Part shown: positions 1 to 10,239 of the stretch, piece after piece
How the letters are laid out: each line of letters opens with the position of its first letter
Position numbering within the stretch: the first letter of the stretch is position 1
NCBI GenBank assembly: GCA_036008805.1
Contig: DASYMZ010000193.1
Span: 22,887 to 86,886, forward strand
DNA from: Gemmatimonadaceae bacterium
GTDB taxonomy: Bacteria > Gemmatimonadota > Gemmatimonadetes > Gemmatimonadales > Gemmatimonadaceae
Direction of reading: 5' to 3'
Length of the DNA: 64,000 nucleotides
Notes under the pieces: generated by a model
Told to the model about the DNA's origin: nothing
Seen by the model: the letters and a program-made list of their open reading frames with translations, nothing else
Databases searched by the model: none
Translations under genes and position numbers: made by a program

Positions 1-2
1 GT

Positions 3-167
3 GAGTTTCGCGAGCGCTACGATGGGGCCAGCATGTTCATGCGCTTTCGAAACGAACTGATCGTCCCCTACGAAGCGGCGCTCCGCGAGCTTCGTCCGCT
101 CACGGCGCCGGCGGGATGGGCAAGCGGGGTGTCCCATCGACAGCGGGGAGACGCATCTCCTGAGTGA
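3..167 (+). CDS. 3' end of an unidentified CDS entering from upstream of the window (partial)
   Basis: Frame +3 is open from the window edge to TGA at 165-167 ([32 protein letters not shown]...). Codons are GC3-rich. No family recognised. Overlaps the convergent chemoreceptor tail by ~68 nt. Confidence 0.25.
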   Translation, partial: EFRERYDGASMFMRFRNELIVPYEAALRELRPLTAPAGWASGVSHRQRGDASPE

Positions 168-1833
168 ACGGCATGGTCGCGACGGCGAAGCGGCTGATCG
201 ACTGACGGAGTCGATCGGCAAGCTCGGCAAGCTGCCGCGAGGTAGCGCTCATGCCATCAAGGGCGTGCGTCTGTTCGGTCGCGAGTCGTGAGCCAGCATT
301 GGCGCGAGCAGATGCTTCCGTGGCAACTCCCTGCACGCCATCCATGGTGGTGCTCAAGGTGCCCATGGTTACCGACTGTGTCCGGGACACGGCTGCCGCT
401 TCGCTGATCACGTCGGCGATCCGCCGAATACCTTCGAGCATTGCGCCGAGTGCTCGGTTGGCCTCTTCGGCGACGTCGCCGACGCCTCGCACCTCGCGCT
501 CTCCCTGGGCCATGGAGTCCACCGCGAGCGCGATGTTGTCGCGCACGACGGCGATCGTCGTCGCAACTTCTTTGGCGGCTCGCGCGCTCTCCTCCGCCAG
601 CTTCCGCACTTCTTCGGCGACGACGGCAAACCCGCGGCCATGCTCGCCCGCTCGCGCAGCCTCGATGGCGGCGTTCAGTGCCAGCAGGTTGGTCTGGCGC
701 GCAATGCGCGTGACGGTCTCCACGAACTCGCCAACCTGCTCGGATGCCGTGCCGAGCGCGCTCACCGTCTTTGCCGTCGATTGGACGCGATCGCTGATGG
801 TGACCAGGGTGTTCCCCGCTCGCCCGATCGCGTTTCGACTCGTTTCGGCGGCTGCAACGAGCTCCGTCGCGCTTGCCTCCATGTCTTCTGCGCGCTCACG
901 GAGGCGCTCGGACGCTCCGAGGGCCTGTTGCGCGTGGTGCGTCCCGTCTTCTGCAAAGCGGCGCTGCGTCTCCAATTGGCTCGTGAGGCTCACGGCCGTG
1001 CGCGCGAACTGGGTGCCGCTGGCGGAGAGCGTGCCAGTCGCCCCCGCGAGCTGATCGGCGAGCGCGGCGACCTCGTCTGCCTCGCGCTGGACGACTCCGA
1101 TGAGCTGGCCAAGGACGCCGAGCATGCGATTGAAGCTCCGCTGCAGCAGTCCGAGCTCGTCCGTGTACTTGGTCTCGGCGCGTGCGAGCAGGTTGCCTCC
1201 CTCGACCTCGGCGATGACGTCGCGCGTCTCACGGATGCGACCGATCAAGCGTGAGGCAATTGGAACGAGCTGGGAGGCCACCAGGAGAATGCACCCGGCC
1301 GTCACCAAGACCCAGGGGTACTCACCGGAGCCGTTCAAGAACGGGAGCCGCACGAGCAAGAATGCCAACGCGGATACCGAGGCCGTGAAGTAGCCGAGCG
1401 AGCGGCCACGATCGAACGAATAGGGAACGATCACGGCGAAGTAGAGCAGTGCCAGAGAATTCTGGCCCATGATGCCGATCACGGTGCTGACGAGGCTCAC
1501 GTCGAGCGCGGCAACCGCATACCGCATCCACCAGGCATGCATCAAGGTGCCGGTCGCCAGGTAGGTGAGCAGGGCGTTGACGCCGACGCACGCCGCAAAG
1601 ATCAGCAACGTGCGACTGACACTGATCGGAGCGATGCCCGCCAGTGACGCGGCCAATCCGGCCAATCCGAGGATGCCGGTGAGGAGGTATCGGCGACGTG
1701 CGCCGAGGCGAAAGGTGATGACGTCTTTCGCGCGCTCGTCGCTGCTGAATTGCACGGACGCCTGATGCGATTTGTGGGCGGCAGCCATGAGCGGACAGGA
1801 GGGGACAACCGGCTGGTGCACGGTTGTTGGCAC
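100..1833 (-). CDS. Methyl-accepting chemotaxis protein (multi-TM N-terminus, HAMP, MCP signalling domain)
   Basis: Highly conserved MCP hairpin motif [37 protein letters not shown]-like segment and 4-6 N-terminal TM helices. Start is uncertain: GTG at 1833 or ATG at 1788. Confidence 0.9.
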   Translation of the reverse strand: MPTTVHQPVVPSCPLMAAAHKSHQASVQFSSDERAKDVITFRLGARRRYLLTGILGLAGLAASLAGIAPISVSRTLLIFAACVGVNALLTYLATGTLMHAWWMRYAVAALDVSLVSTVIGIMGQNSLALLYFAVIVPYSFDRGRSLGYFTASVSALAFLLVRLPFLNGSGEYPWVLVTAGCILLVASQLVPIASRLIGRIRETRDVIAEVEGGNLLARAETKYTDELGLLQRSFNRMLGVLGQLIGVVQREADEVAALADQLAGATGTLSASGTQFARTAVSLTSQLETQRRFAEDGTHHAQQALGASERLRERAEDMEASATELVAAAETSRNAIGRAGNTLVTISDRVQSTAKTVSALGTASEQVGEFVETVTRIARQTNLLALNAAIEAARAGEHGRGFAVVAEEVRKLAEESARAAKEVATTIAVVRDNIALAVDSMAQGEREVRGVGDVAEEANRALGAMLEGIRRIADVISEAAAVSRTQSVTMGTLSTTMDGVQGVATEASARANAGSRLATEQTHALDGMSATSRQLAELADRLRQSISRFAVATMPFTQEMRLPAVDGTPRLPIPPAP

Positions 1834-1976
1834 AATGTCAGGCGAGCCCTAGGCCCGGTCAAGCAACGTGAGGTCGAATGGGCCGCTCGTGTGGCAAGCT
1901 TGGTGCATGGCGAGTGATCGTGAACTCGCCATCCGCCGACCGATCGCCGGCTCCTGCCGGCTCGGCGCGCCCGTCC

Positions 1977-3170
1977 ATGGACGAGCGCTCCTATCGGCCG
2001 TTTCAGAACGGCGTGCTCTCGGCCATTCGGTCGGGGGCCGCAGACCTCGCGAAACGGTGGGAGGCGCAGATCAAGAGTGTCGCGTTGATGGACGACGTCC
2101 GACTTCGGCAGGTTGGGGGAGCAGATTGGGCGCAGCGGCTCATCGATGCCCTGCTCGGTTCAGCGACGCCGGACGATCTGGACCCTGAGGAAGGGATCGC
2201 GGCTGGGCTCGAGTTCGGTGCCCACGCGTTCACCTGTGGCAGCTCACTTCATCATACGATGAAGGCGTTGGACCTGCTCTCGGCGATGATGCTCTATGCC
2301 GCCGAGACGGTGCTCGACGAGAGCGACGCGCGCGAGGTGAGCGCGGCACAAGGTATCCGGATCGCGCGTTACCTTCAGCGGCGCGCGGCACTTCTCTCGC
2401 TCGCCGCCACGCGCGGCTACATGCAAGCGTACACGGATGCTCTACGCGAGCGCTTCCGCCACCTTCGCCATGATCTGCGGAATCCGCTTGGCACCATCAA
2501 GAGCGTGCTCGCGCTCATGACCGACGAGTCCGTGCCGCTTGATGCACGAGCCGATCCACGCTTTCAAGCGATGGCCAAGCGGAATGCTCGCTCTCTCGAG
2601 GAGTTGATCGCAGATCGATTGAGCGATGCCGCAGCGCTGCTGCCGATGGTTGCCGATCAGGAGGTGTCCCTACGATCGGTCGCGTGCGCGGTGCGCCGAG
2701 AGCTCCGGGGCGAGGCCGAGCGGCGTGGAGTCACCGTGCTCGTCGGAACCGCAGCTCCGTATGGACGAGTGGACACACCGGGCCTGGAGCTGCTGCTTCG
2801 CGGAGTGCTGCAGACAGCTCTGCAGGAGTGCGGCGAGGGTGATCAACTACATCTCGAGTTCAGCGGCCCGATCGATGGTCGGGGAACGGTGAGCATCTCG
2901 TGCGAATCTGGCCGAGAACCGATCCGCGACGAGTCGTCGCTCGAGCGCCTCTCGTCGCTCGCGGAGCGTGTCGGAGCCTCGATCCTGAGCGGACAACGAG
3001 TGCTGGTGTCGGTCCCGATGCAAGCCCTGCCGGACCAGGAGAGTGGCGCGGTGGGCGTGGAGCAGGAGCGCAGCGTGCCCCTCAACCCCGTGAGTCTAGG
3101 CGACCGGGATGCGCGCGACGATGTCCGTGGCTCGCGCCAGCGTCACCACGGGCAGTCCGGCACTCTCTAG
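1977..3170 (+). CDS. Cytoplasmic histidine-kinase-like protein (HisKA H-box present, catalytic ATP-binding boxes not recognisable)
   Basis: H-box FRHLRHDLRNPLGTIKSVLALM. No TM segments. The C-terminal region lacks recognisable N, G1 (DxGxG) and G2 (GxGxGL) boxes. ATG at 1977 preferred over the ORF-track start at 1878. The 3' end overlaps convergent pyrE by 75 nt. Confidence 0.7.
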   Translation: MDERSYRPFQNGVLSAIRSGAADLAKRWEAQIKSVALMDDVRLRQVGGADWAQRLIDALLGSATPDDLDPEEGIAAGLEFGAHAFTCGSSLHHTMKALDLLSAMMLYAAETVLDESDAREVSAAQGIRIARYLQRRAALLSLAATRGYMQAYTDALRERFRHLRHDLRNPLGTIKSVLALMTDESVPLDARADPRFQAMAKRNARSLEELIADRLSDAAALLPMVADQEVSLRSVACAVRRELRGEAERRGVTVLVGTAAPYGRVDTPGLELLLRGVLQTALQECGEGDQLHLEFSGPIDGRGTVSISCESGREPIRDESSLERLSSLAERVGASILSGQRVLVSVPMQALPDQESGAVGVEQERSVPLNPVSLGDRDARDDVRGSRQRHHGQSGTL

Positions 3171-3656
3171 CGACTCGCGCCCGCCCTCTTCCCGATCGAC
3201 GAGGGCGAGCACTCCGACCACCACGCCATGTGCGGCACGAATCGCCTCGACGGCGCGCAGCGCCGAGCCGCCAGTGGTGATCACATCCTCGATCACCACG
3301 ACGCGATCGCCGTCGCGAAATGGGCCTTCGATCAACCGCCCGGTTCCGTACGCCTTTGTTTCCTTCCGCACCGTGAAGGCACGAAGGGGAGCATCGGTCG
3401 CGGCGCTCGCGTAGGCGATCGCGTAGCTGACTGGATCAGCGCCGAGCGTAAGTCCGCCGATCGCATCCACGTTCCATTGCGCGCTGCGTATCGCGGCGAG
3501 CGCGAGCGGCCCGATCAACGCGAGCCCCTCCGGGCTCATTGTGGTGAGACGCGCGTCGATGTATAAGGTGGATTGCCGCCCGGAGGCGAGCGTGAATTGT
3601 CCACGGCGCGCGGAGCGCTCGGCGAGGAGCGAGAGAAGACGATCGTGAGCGGTCAT
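3096..3656 (-). CDS. pyrE: Orotate phosphoribosyltransferase
   Basis: PRPP-binding motif VVVIEDVITTGGSA. The N-terminus FTLASGRQSTLYIDARL is typical of PyrE. ATG at 3656 gives 186 aa. Confidence 0.9.
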   Translation of the reverse strand: MTAHDRLLSLLAERSARRGQFTLASGRQSTLYIDARLTTMSPEGLALIGPLALAAIRSAQWNVDAIGGLTLGADPVSYAIAYASAATDAPLRAFTVRKETKAYGTGRLIEGPFRDGDRVVVIEDVITTGGSALRAVEAIRAAHGVVVGVLALVDREEGGRESLESAGLPVVTLARATDIVARIPVA

Positions 3657-3687
3657 AGTCGTGGCTGAGGTTAGCAGCACGCGAGAG

Positions 3688-5472
3688 ATGGGTCAATCGA
3701 CCGACGCCAACGCCGAGCAGCGCGTGGGGCTGGGTCTGCTCTCGCGGTTCATCGGAGCGGTGTTCCTCGTGCTGCTCGGAGGGCTGCTTCTCCTCGATCG
3801 GGCACTCGTTCGCGCGAACAAAAATCTCGCGGCCTTGGACGCACAGAGCGGAGCGCTGCTGACGGAAGCGTTCGTATCGCATCACGATGCCTTGCTCGAT
3901 CGGATCGCGGCGCTCGTGGCGGCACATCCAGCAAGTCAAGACAGTGGGGCGCTGCGCGTCGAGATCGCGGCGCTGCTCCAGCACGCGCCGGCGGTTCGTC
4001 GAGTGTGGGTGGTGCAAGGTGGGCAACGCACGCTGGCGGTCGATCGTCCTGCACCGGCCTCGCCACTTCCCCCGGCACTCGTCGACAGCCTGGATCGTCT
4101 CTCGTCGCCCGCGCGTTCCGCGCTCAGCGTGACGCACCGGGGACGCGACGCGGCGTCGAGCGGCTGGATCCTGCTCACCCGCGCGATGGTGACATCGAGC
4201 GCACCGGCGGCCGCAGGAGCGAAGCCGTCCGACTCGGTGGGAACCGTGGGCCTGGTGATCGACGGCGAAGCACTTCGAGGTCTGCTTCTCCGCACGTCGA
4301 CCGACAGCAGCGAAGCGGCCGCGTCGCGTCGCGTGCTGATGGTGCTCGCGGGCGCGGACACGGTGACGACGCTTGACGCCGGCGGACGCCCTGCACTCGG
4401 TGCCGAGAGCGCCATCGCGCTCGCGCGTCTGCCGAGCGGCGGCAGATGGACCATCGCATCGACGCACGCATTGGCGACGCGGTCGCAGCGCTGGGGGATG
4501 CTCGCTCTCGGCATCGGCGGCATGCTCTTTCTCGCGATCGGCTTGCTGCGCGAGCAGCAGCGTGCACTGCACGTCGCCGCGCGCTCCCTGGAGCTCGAGC
4601 GTCTCTACAGCGACGTGAAGCGAGCGAACCAGGCCAAGAGCGAATTTCTGGCAAACGTCTCGCACGAGCTTCGCACGCCGTTGAACGCGATCGTGGGGTT
4701 CGTCGAGCTGCTTCGCGACGGCTTCTATGGTGATCTCTCGCCGCGTCAGGTTCCACCCGTGGACAGGATCGCCGCGTCGGCGACGCACCTGCGGCATCTT
4801 GTCGATCAGGTGTTGGACATCGCGAAGATCGCGGCGGGGCGGCTCGAGGTGCACACCGAGACGATCGTGCTCAGGCCATTCGTACTCAACGTGGCGAGCG
4901 AGTTGGAGTCGCTCGTGAGCGAGAAGGGGTTGGCACTGTCGATCACGGTGGGTGCTTCGTTGCCACGCGTTCGCACCGACCCCACGCATCTGCGGCAGAT
5001 CCTCATCAACCTGATCGGCAACGCAGTGAAGTACACGGCGACGGGGTCGGTCAGTGTTCGCGCTCGGTTGCTCGGTGCGCCCGAGGACATCGGCAACCGA
5101 ACGCCGATGCCGCGCGCTGGCATGGACGACCCGTCTGCCGCGGCGCTGCTCGCCAAGGCGCCGCGCAGCGGAATCTGGATTGCCCTGCAGGTCATCGATA
5201 CCGGGGTCGGTATCGCGCCGAGCGATCTGGCGCGGATCTTCGACGAGTTCGAGCAGGTGAACGCGGGTCCGCGCGGCGACTCGATGCAGCGCGGCACAGG
5301 GCTTGGGCTGGCGATCTCGCGGCGGCTGGCTCGCCTGCTCGCCGGCGACATCAGCGTGGAGAGCGTGCTGGGGCGCGGATCGACGTTCACGATCTGGCTT
5401 CCGGTGAGCCCGGCCGACCTCGCGCGTGAGCGCCCCGTCGCGGGCGAGACGGTGGCGACTCCGGCGGCGTAG
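3688..5472 (+). CDS. Membrane sensor histidine kinase (HisKA + HATPase_c)
   Basis: H-box KSEFLANVSHELRTPLNAIVGFVELL. N-box LINLIGNAVKYT. G-boxes VIDTGVGI and GTGLGLAISRRLA. N-terminal TM plus a second TM. Alternative GTG start at 3661. Confidence 0.9.
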   Translation: MGQSTDANAEQRVGLGLLSRFIGAVFLVLLGGLLLLDRALVRANKNLAALDAQSGALLTEAFVSHHDALLDRIAALVAAHPASQDSGALRVEIAALLQHAPAVRRVWVVQGGQRTLAVDRPAPASPLPPALVDSLDRLSSPARSALSVTHRGRDAASSGWILLTRAMVTSSAPAAAGAKPSDSVGTVGLVIDGEALRGLLLRTSTDSSEAAASRRVLMVLAGADTVTTLDAGGRPALGAESAIALARLPSGGRWTIASTHALATRSQRWGMLALGIGGMLFLAIGLLREQQRALHVAARSLELERLYSDVKRANQAKSEFLANVSHELRTPLNAIVGFVELLRDGFYGDLSPRQVPPVDRIAASATHLRHLVDQVLDIAKIAAGRLEVHTETIVLRPFVLNVASELESLVSEKGLALSITVGASLPRVRTDPTHLRQILINLIGNAVKYTATGSVSVRARLLGAPEDIGNRTPMPRAGMDDPSAAALLAKAPRSGIWIALQVIDTGVGIAPSDLARIFDEFEQVNAGPRGDSMQRGTGLGLAISRRLARLLAGDISVESVLGRGSTFTIWLPVSPADLARERPVAGETVATPAA

Positions 5473-5474
5473 CG

Positions 5475-6482
5475 CTACTTCCGAAAGATCGACTTCATCC
5501 GGGTGAAGAGACCCGGTGCAGCCGACGATTCATCCTGGCTGAGCGCGTCCTGAAGCTCTCTCGCGAACTCCACGGTGTCCGGATATCGTTGCCGCGGATC
5601 TTTGCTGAGACCGCGCATCACGACATGCTCGACGGCCGACGTGAAGCGGAGACCCGGCTTCGCGCTGTTCAGTGGAGTCGGCGGCTGTGAGAGGAGCTGC
5701 GAGAACATCTCCCGCGGCGTTTTGGCCGTGAAGGGCAGACATCCGCTGAGCAGGAGATAGGCGATCGTCGCCAAGCTGTACTGGTCGGCGGCGGGCGTGA
5801 CGAGCTCGCCCGAGAGCGCCTCGGGCGCCACGTACATCAGTGTGCCGACGAAAAAACCGGCTCTCGTCAGGCGTTGCTCGGGCGCGATGTCGGTGTCGGT
5901 CGCGATGCCGAAGTCGAGAAGCTTCACCTGCCTCGTCGCCGGATCGTACATGACGTTGTCCGGCTTCAGATCGCGATGCACGATGCCGACGGCATGCGCC
6001 GCCTGCACCGCATCGGCGATCTGCGAGATGATCACCGCCACCTCATCGGCGGGCAACGGTGCGTGCTGCTTGACGTAACGCTCGAGCAGCTCGCCCTTGG
6101 CCCATTCGATGGCGAGAAAATGCAGGCCCGTCCCCGCCTCGCCGACCTCGATGGTCTGCACGACATTCGGATGGCGAACGCGTTCGCCATATCGTGCTTC
6201 GCGGACGAAGCGCGCCACGGCGGTTTGATCCTGCCGCAGCTTCTCGCGCAGGACTTTGACCGCGACCACGCCGTGCGTCGGATGGTCGGCGCGAAAGACA
6301 GCGGACGTACCGCCTTCACCGACTTCGCCGCGCAGGGTGTATCCCGCGATCGTCTGACCGATCAGGTTCTCTTTGGGCACGGGCGAACCTAACGCTCCGC
6401 GAGGGCTGGTAGCAAGCAACGCCGCGCCGTGCTGTGGGAGCGCGTGTCGACATGGCCGCCGCGCCGGGCGATTTCTTGACAA
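5475..6482 (-). CDS. Serine/threonine protein kinase (Hanks type, kinase domain only)
   Basis: GEGGTSAVF glycine loop, VAVK, catalytic loop [18 protein letters not shown]. The true start is possibly GTG at 6380, because the ATG at 6482 lies inside the csp promoter. Confidence 0.85.
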   Translation of the reverse strand: MSRNRPARRPCRHALPQHGAALLATSPRGALGSPVPKENLIGQTIAGYTLRGEVGEGGTSAVFRADHPTHGVVAVKVLREKLRQDQTAVARFVREARYGERVRHPNVVQTIEVGEAGTGLHFLAIEWAKGELLERYVKQHAPLPADEVAVIISQIADAVQAAHAVGIVHRDLKPDNVMYDPATRQVKLLDFGIATDTDIAPEQRLTRAGFFVGTLMYVAPEALSGELVTPAADQYSLATIAYLLLSGCLPFTAKTPREMFSQLLSQPPTPLNSAKPGLRFTSAVEHVVMRGLSKDPRQRYPDTVEFARELQDALSQDESSAAPGLFTRMKSIFRK

Positions 6483-6504
6483 AAGTTCATGGTGTTCCTA
6501 TATA
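6476..6504 (+). promoter_or_regulatory. Near-consensus sigma70-type promoter for the cold-shock gene
   Basis: TTGACA (6476-6481), 17-nt spacer, TATATA (6499-6504). About 68 nt of 5' UTR containing the hairpin GCACGCC-GACT-GGCGTGC, then GGAGG and ATG at 6579. Confidence 0.55.
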
Positions 6505-6578
6505 GGCGCCGCACGCCGACTGGCGTGCTGAGCACCATGATGCGCAGGATCGATTCACTCCGTTGGAGGCAGCGCGCA

Positions 6579-6779
6579 ATGGCCAGAGGGAAAGTAAAGT
6601 GGTTCAATGACGCCAAGGGCTACGGCTTCATCGAACAGGAGGGAGGCGAAGACGTGTTCGTCCATTTCTCCGCGATCGCGATGGACGGGTTCAAGACGCT
6701 CGCCGAAGGTCAGGAGGTCGAATTCGAGATCCAGACCGGCGCGAAGGGACTCCACGCCGCCAACGTGCAACGCGTCTAG
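6579..6779 (+). CDS. cspA: Cold-shock protein (CspA family)
   Basis: [33 protein letters not shown] contains RNP1/RNP2 motifs (KGYGFI, VFVHF). 66 aa. GGAGG lies 9 nt upstream. Confidence 0.95.
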   Translation: MARGKVKWFNDAKGYGFIEQEGGEDVFVHFSAIAMDGFKTLAEGQEVEFEIQTGAKGLHAANVQRV

Positions 6780-6809
6780 ATCCTCCCGGCCATTCGCCAG
6801 ATCCTGCCG

Positions 6810-6845
6810 CCGCCTGCCGCTCGTCGTGGCAGGCGGTGCTGTTTC
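6810..6845 (+). terminator. Intrinsic terminator after csp
   Basis: 9-bp stem CCGCCTGCC/GGCAGGCGG with a 9-nt loop, followed by TGCTGTTTC. Confidence 0.5.
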
Positions 6846-6959
6846 CGGGGTGCGCGCAATCAGCGCGCATGGGCCGTGCGGCCGCAGTGCGCGAGTCGGT
6901 AATTTGTTGGTGTTCGCGGGAGCAGGTCTCTTCCTCCCGCACTCTGACCTCGTTGCTCC

Positions 6960-9900
6960 GTGACCGATCCGACCTTCGCCACCCCGCCCGCTGCGACCCG
7001 ACCCGAATCGCCGCGTGTCTTTCTCATCGACGGCTACGCACTGATCTATCGTGCGTTCTTCGCCCTGATCTCTCGTCCGCTCACGACGGCACGCGGTGAG
7101 AACACGTCGGCAGCCTGGGGTGTGGTCAACTTTCTCCAGCGTCTGCTGGCCACCCACCAACCCGAATACCTCGGCTGGGTTCACGACTCCGGGCTCAGCT
7201 TCCGGCACGAACGCTACCCCGCCTACAAGGCGACGCGCGAAAAGCTCACCGAGGAATTGCAGTCCGACTTCGATACCGGGATGGAGCGGATCTGTCAGCT
7301 CCTCGAAGCGTACCGAGTCCCGATCCTCTCGCTTAAAGGGTACGAAGCCGACGACGTGATCGGGACGCTCGCCCGCCAAGGAGTGGCGCAGGGCACGAAC
7401 GTGGTGATCGTCTCGGGCGACAAGGATTTCCAGCAGCTGGTCCAGCCCGGCGTGTGGTTGCTGAATCCCGGCCGCGGCGGCCCCGCGAGCGTGGAGGAGC
7501 AATGGGTCTCCGTCGAGAACGGCGGCGAACGGCTCGGCGTCCCGCCACGGCACGTGACCGACTATCTCGCGCTCGTCGGCGACTCGTCCGACAACGTGCC
7601 TGGCGTGAAGGGCATCGGTGACAAGACGGCGCGGGAGTTGGTCCACGAGTTCGGCGATCTCGAGGCGATTCTCGCCGCCGCGCCCGGTCTCACGAAGAAG
7701 CGGCCACGCGAGGCGCTCGTCGAGCAGGTCGAGCTCGCGCGGCTGTCGAAAGAATTAGTAACCATTCGCGAAGATCTCCCGCTGACCCTCGAGCTCGACG
7801 CGCTGCGTGTCCGCGAGCCCGACACGACGCGTCTTCGCCAGCTCTTCGTGGAGCTCGAGTTCCACACGCTCGCGAAATCGATCGGCGACTCGGTTGCGGC
7901 CATCGCGGCGGCCGCTCCGCTCGGCGCGCCGGACGCCACGCCGGAGGTGACGCGCCCAACGACGAACTACGTCACGGTGGATTCGATTCCAGCGCTCGAA
8001 CGACTGGTCGCCCGTGCGCGGAAGGCGCCGTACATCGCCGTCGACACGGAGACGGTGATCGAACCCGACAGCCCACAGAAGGTCGATCCGCTGCGCTCGA
8101 TCCTCGTCGCGATCTCCATCGCGGTGGGACCGGGCGAAGCGTTCTACCTGCCGCTGCGCCACCGGGCGTTCCAGCCGGCGCAGGGCGACCTCATGCTCGG
8201 CGACGAGAGCGACGAGCCCGAGCCTGGCAGCGATGCCGACGAGGCCAACGCGGCAAAGTCCAAGCAGCCACGAGCCAAACGACCGAGGACGGCGAAGTCG
8301 GCGGAGCTCGCGAGCATCGCCGCGCGCACCCTGGCCGCCGGCGCGCCTCCCGTGAAGAATCTTCCGCCACTCGAAGATCCGTCGATGGCGCCACTGCGCG
8401 CGCTACTCGAGGATCCGGGTGTTCCGAAAGTCGCGCAGAACGCGAAGTACGACCTGCTCGTGCTGCGCCGGGCGGGAGTGACGCTGAGCGGCCTCGTCTC
8501 GGACACGATGCTGGCGAGCTACGTGCTGGATCCCGGCCGACGTTCGCATGGGCTCGACCTGCTGGCGCTCGAGTTCCTCGATCACACGATGACGAGCTAC
8601 GAGGATCTGTGCGGCAAGGGAAAGCAGCAGTTGCCGTATGACGTGGTCCCGATCTCGTGCGCGCGCGACTACTCGTGCGAAGATGCCGACGTGACGTGGC
8701 AGCTCGAGCAGCGATTCCGCCCGCAGCTCGAGGCACAGCAGATCTATGAGCTGTATCGTGACATCGAGGTGCCGTTGGTCGGTGTGCTCGCCGATGTCGA
8801 ATGGGCGGGAATCGAGATCGACGTTCCGTGGTTCGCGTCGCTGAAGGAGCGGTTCGCACGCGAGCGCCAGCGCGTGGAGCAGGCGATCTACAAGTCAGCC
8901 GGCGGGGAGTTCAACATCAACTCGAACCCCCAGCTGCGCGAAGTGCTGTTCGAGCGGCTGTCCCTTCCCATCCTGAAGAAGACGGCGACGGGACCGTCGA
9001 CGGATGCGAGCGTCTTGCAGGAGCTCGCGGAAGCGGGACACGAGCTGCCCGTGCTGCTCATGGAGTATCGCGAGCTCTCCAAGCTCGAGAGCACCTACAT
9101 CGACGCGCTGCCGCAAGCGATCAATCCGCATACGGGCCGCGTCCACACGTCGTTCAATCAGACCGTCGCCGCAACGGGCCGACTCTCCTCGACGGAGCCG
9201 AACCTTCAGAACATTCCGATTCGGCGCGAGCTCGGTCGCGACATTCGCCGCGGATTCATTCCGCGAAAGGGTTGGCAGTTTCTCGCGGCCGACTACTCGC
9301 AGATCGAGCTTCGCCTGCTCGCCCATCTCTCCGGCGACCCGGCGTTCGTGCAGGCGTTCCGCTCCGGGGGCGACATCCACCGGCAGACCGCAGCGCTGAT
9401 CTTCGACGTGCCGCTCGACCAGGTCACGTCGGAGATGCGCGGCCGAGCCAAGACGATCAACTTCGCGACGATCTATGGGCAGGGGCCGCATGCGCTGTCT
9501 CGCCAGCTCAAGATCACGCACGCCGAAGCGAAGGAGTTCATCGAGCGGTACTTCGAGCGATTTCAGCGAGTGCGTGAATATCTGGACTCGATGGTGGAGT
9601 ACGCGCGCGAGCACGGATACGTCGAAACGATCTTCAAGCGCCGCCGGTATGTGCCCGAGCTCCGCGACCGGAACTTCAACATCCGCGCGTTCGGCGAGCG
9701 CACGGCGGCCAATTCGCCGATCCAGGGCTCGGCGGCGGATCTGATCAAGATCGCGATGATTCGCATCCACGACCGGCTTGCCTCCGAACGCCTGAGCGCG
9801 CGAATGCTGCTGCAGGTGCACGACGAGCTCGTGTTCGAGGTGCCGGGGCCCGAGCTGGACGCGGTCCAGACCCTCGTTCGGGACGAGATGGAGCACGCCG

Positions 9901-9971
9901 CCACCCTTTCCGTCCCTCTCGTGGTGGACGTCGGGACCGGCCGGAACTGGCTGGAAACGAAGATGGGCTGA
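6960..9971 (+). CDS. polA: DNA polymerase I (5'-3' exonuclease, 3'-5' exonuclease and polymerase domains)
   Basis: 5' nuclease LIDGYALIYRAFFA. Exo I motif AVDTET. Polymerase motifs DYSQIELR, KTINFATIYG and QVHDELVFE. GTG start. 1003 aa. Confidence 0.95.
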   Translation: MTDPTFATPPAATRPESPRVFLIDGYALIYRAFFALISRPLTTARGENTSAAWGVVNFLQRLLATHQPEYLGWVHDSGLSFRHERYPAYKATREKLTEELQSDFDTGMERICQLLEAYRVPILSLKGYEADDVIGTLARQGVAQGTNVVIVSGDKDFQQLVQPGVWLLNPGRGGPASVEEQWVSVENGGERLGVPPRHVTDYLALVGDSSDNVPGVKGIGDKTARELVHEFGDLEAILAAAPGLTKKRPREALVEQVELARLSKELVTIREDLPLTLELDALRVREPDTTRLRQLFVELEFHTLAKSIGDSVAAIAAAAPLGAPDATPEVTRPTTNYVTVDSIPALERLVARARKAPYIAVDTETVIEPDSPQKVDPLRSILVAISIAVGPGEAFYLPLRHRAFQPAQGDLMLGDESDEPEPGSDADEANAAKSKQPRAKRPRTAKSAELASIAARTLAAGAPPVKNLPPLEDPSMAPLRALLEDPGVPKVAQNAKYDLLVLRRAGVTLSGLVSDTMLASYVLDPGRRSHGLDLLALEFLDHTMTSYEDLCGKGKQQLPYDVVPISCARDYSCEDADVTWQLEQRFRPQLEAQQIYELYRDIEVPLVGVLADVEWAGIEIDVPWFASLKERFARERQRVEQAIYKSAGGEFNINSNPQLREVLFERLSLPILKKTATGPSTDASVLQELAEAGHELPVLLMEYRELSKLESTYIDALPQAINPHTGRVHTSFNQTVAATGRLSSTEPNLQNIPIRRELGRDIRRGFIPRKGWQFLAADYSQIELRLLAHLSGDPAFVQAFRSGGDIHRQTAALIFDVPLDQVTSEMRGRAKTINFATIYGQGPHALSRQLKITHAEAKEFIERYFERFQRVREYLDSMVEYAREHGYVETIFKRRRYVPELRDRNFNIRAFGERTAANSPIQGSAADLIKIAMIRIHDRLASERLSARMLLQVHDELVFEVPGPELDAVQTLVRDEMEHAATLSVPLVVDVGTGRNWLETKMG

Positions 9972-10118
9972 GGGTACCGCACCGGCCCGCAGCAGCGGCA
10001 CCCGGCATTGCAGTCTGCGGTGATTCTGGCAAATCGAGTCCTCGATATCACGTTTGCGAGACGGCGTTCAACTCGCTAAACCCATATGCAGCATTCTGTT
10101 GCGGTCAATGGCCCTGTC

Positions 10119-10134
10119 CGGCACCGCCCTTGCC
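10119..10134 (+). promoter_or_regulatory. Candidate sigma54 (-24/-12) promoter upstream of the pilin gene
   Basis: CGGCAC-CGCCC-TTGCC has GG (10120-10121) and GC (10132-10133) with the canonical 10-nt spacing. It matches GGCAC-N5-TTGC of the TGGCAC-N5-TTGCW consensus. It lies 106 nt upstream of ATG 10240. Confidence 0.35.
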
Positions 10135-10239
10135 TTGCCTCATGGTGCGCGATAGCTGCCTCCTTGCCGTTCCCTCCTCCCTTCGCGCTGAACCTGCGGC
10201 ATCTCCGCCGCCCCCTCCTCGCTCGTCCAGGATCCCGCG

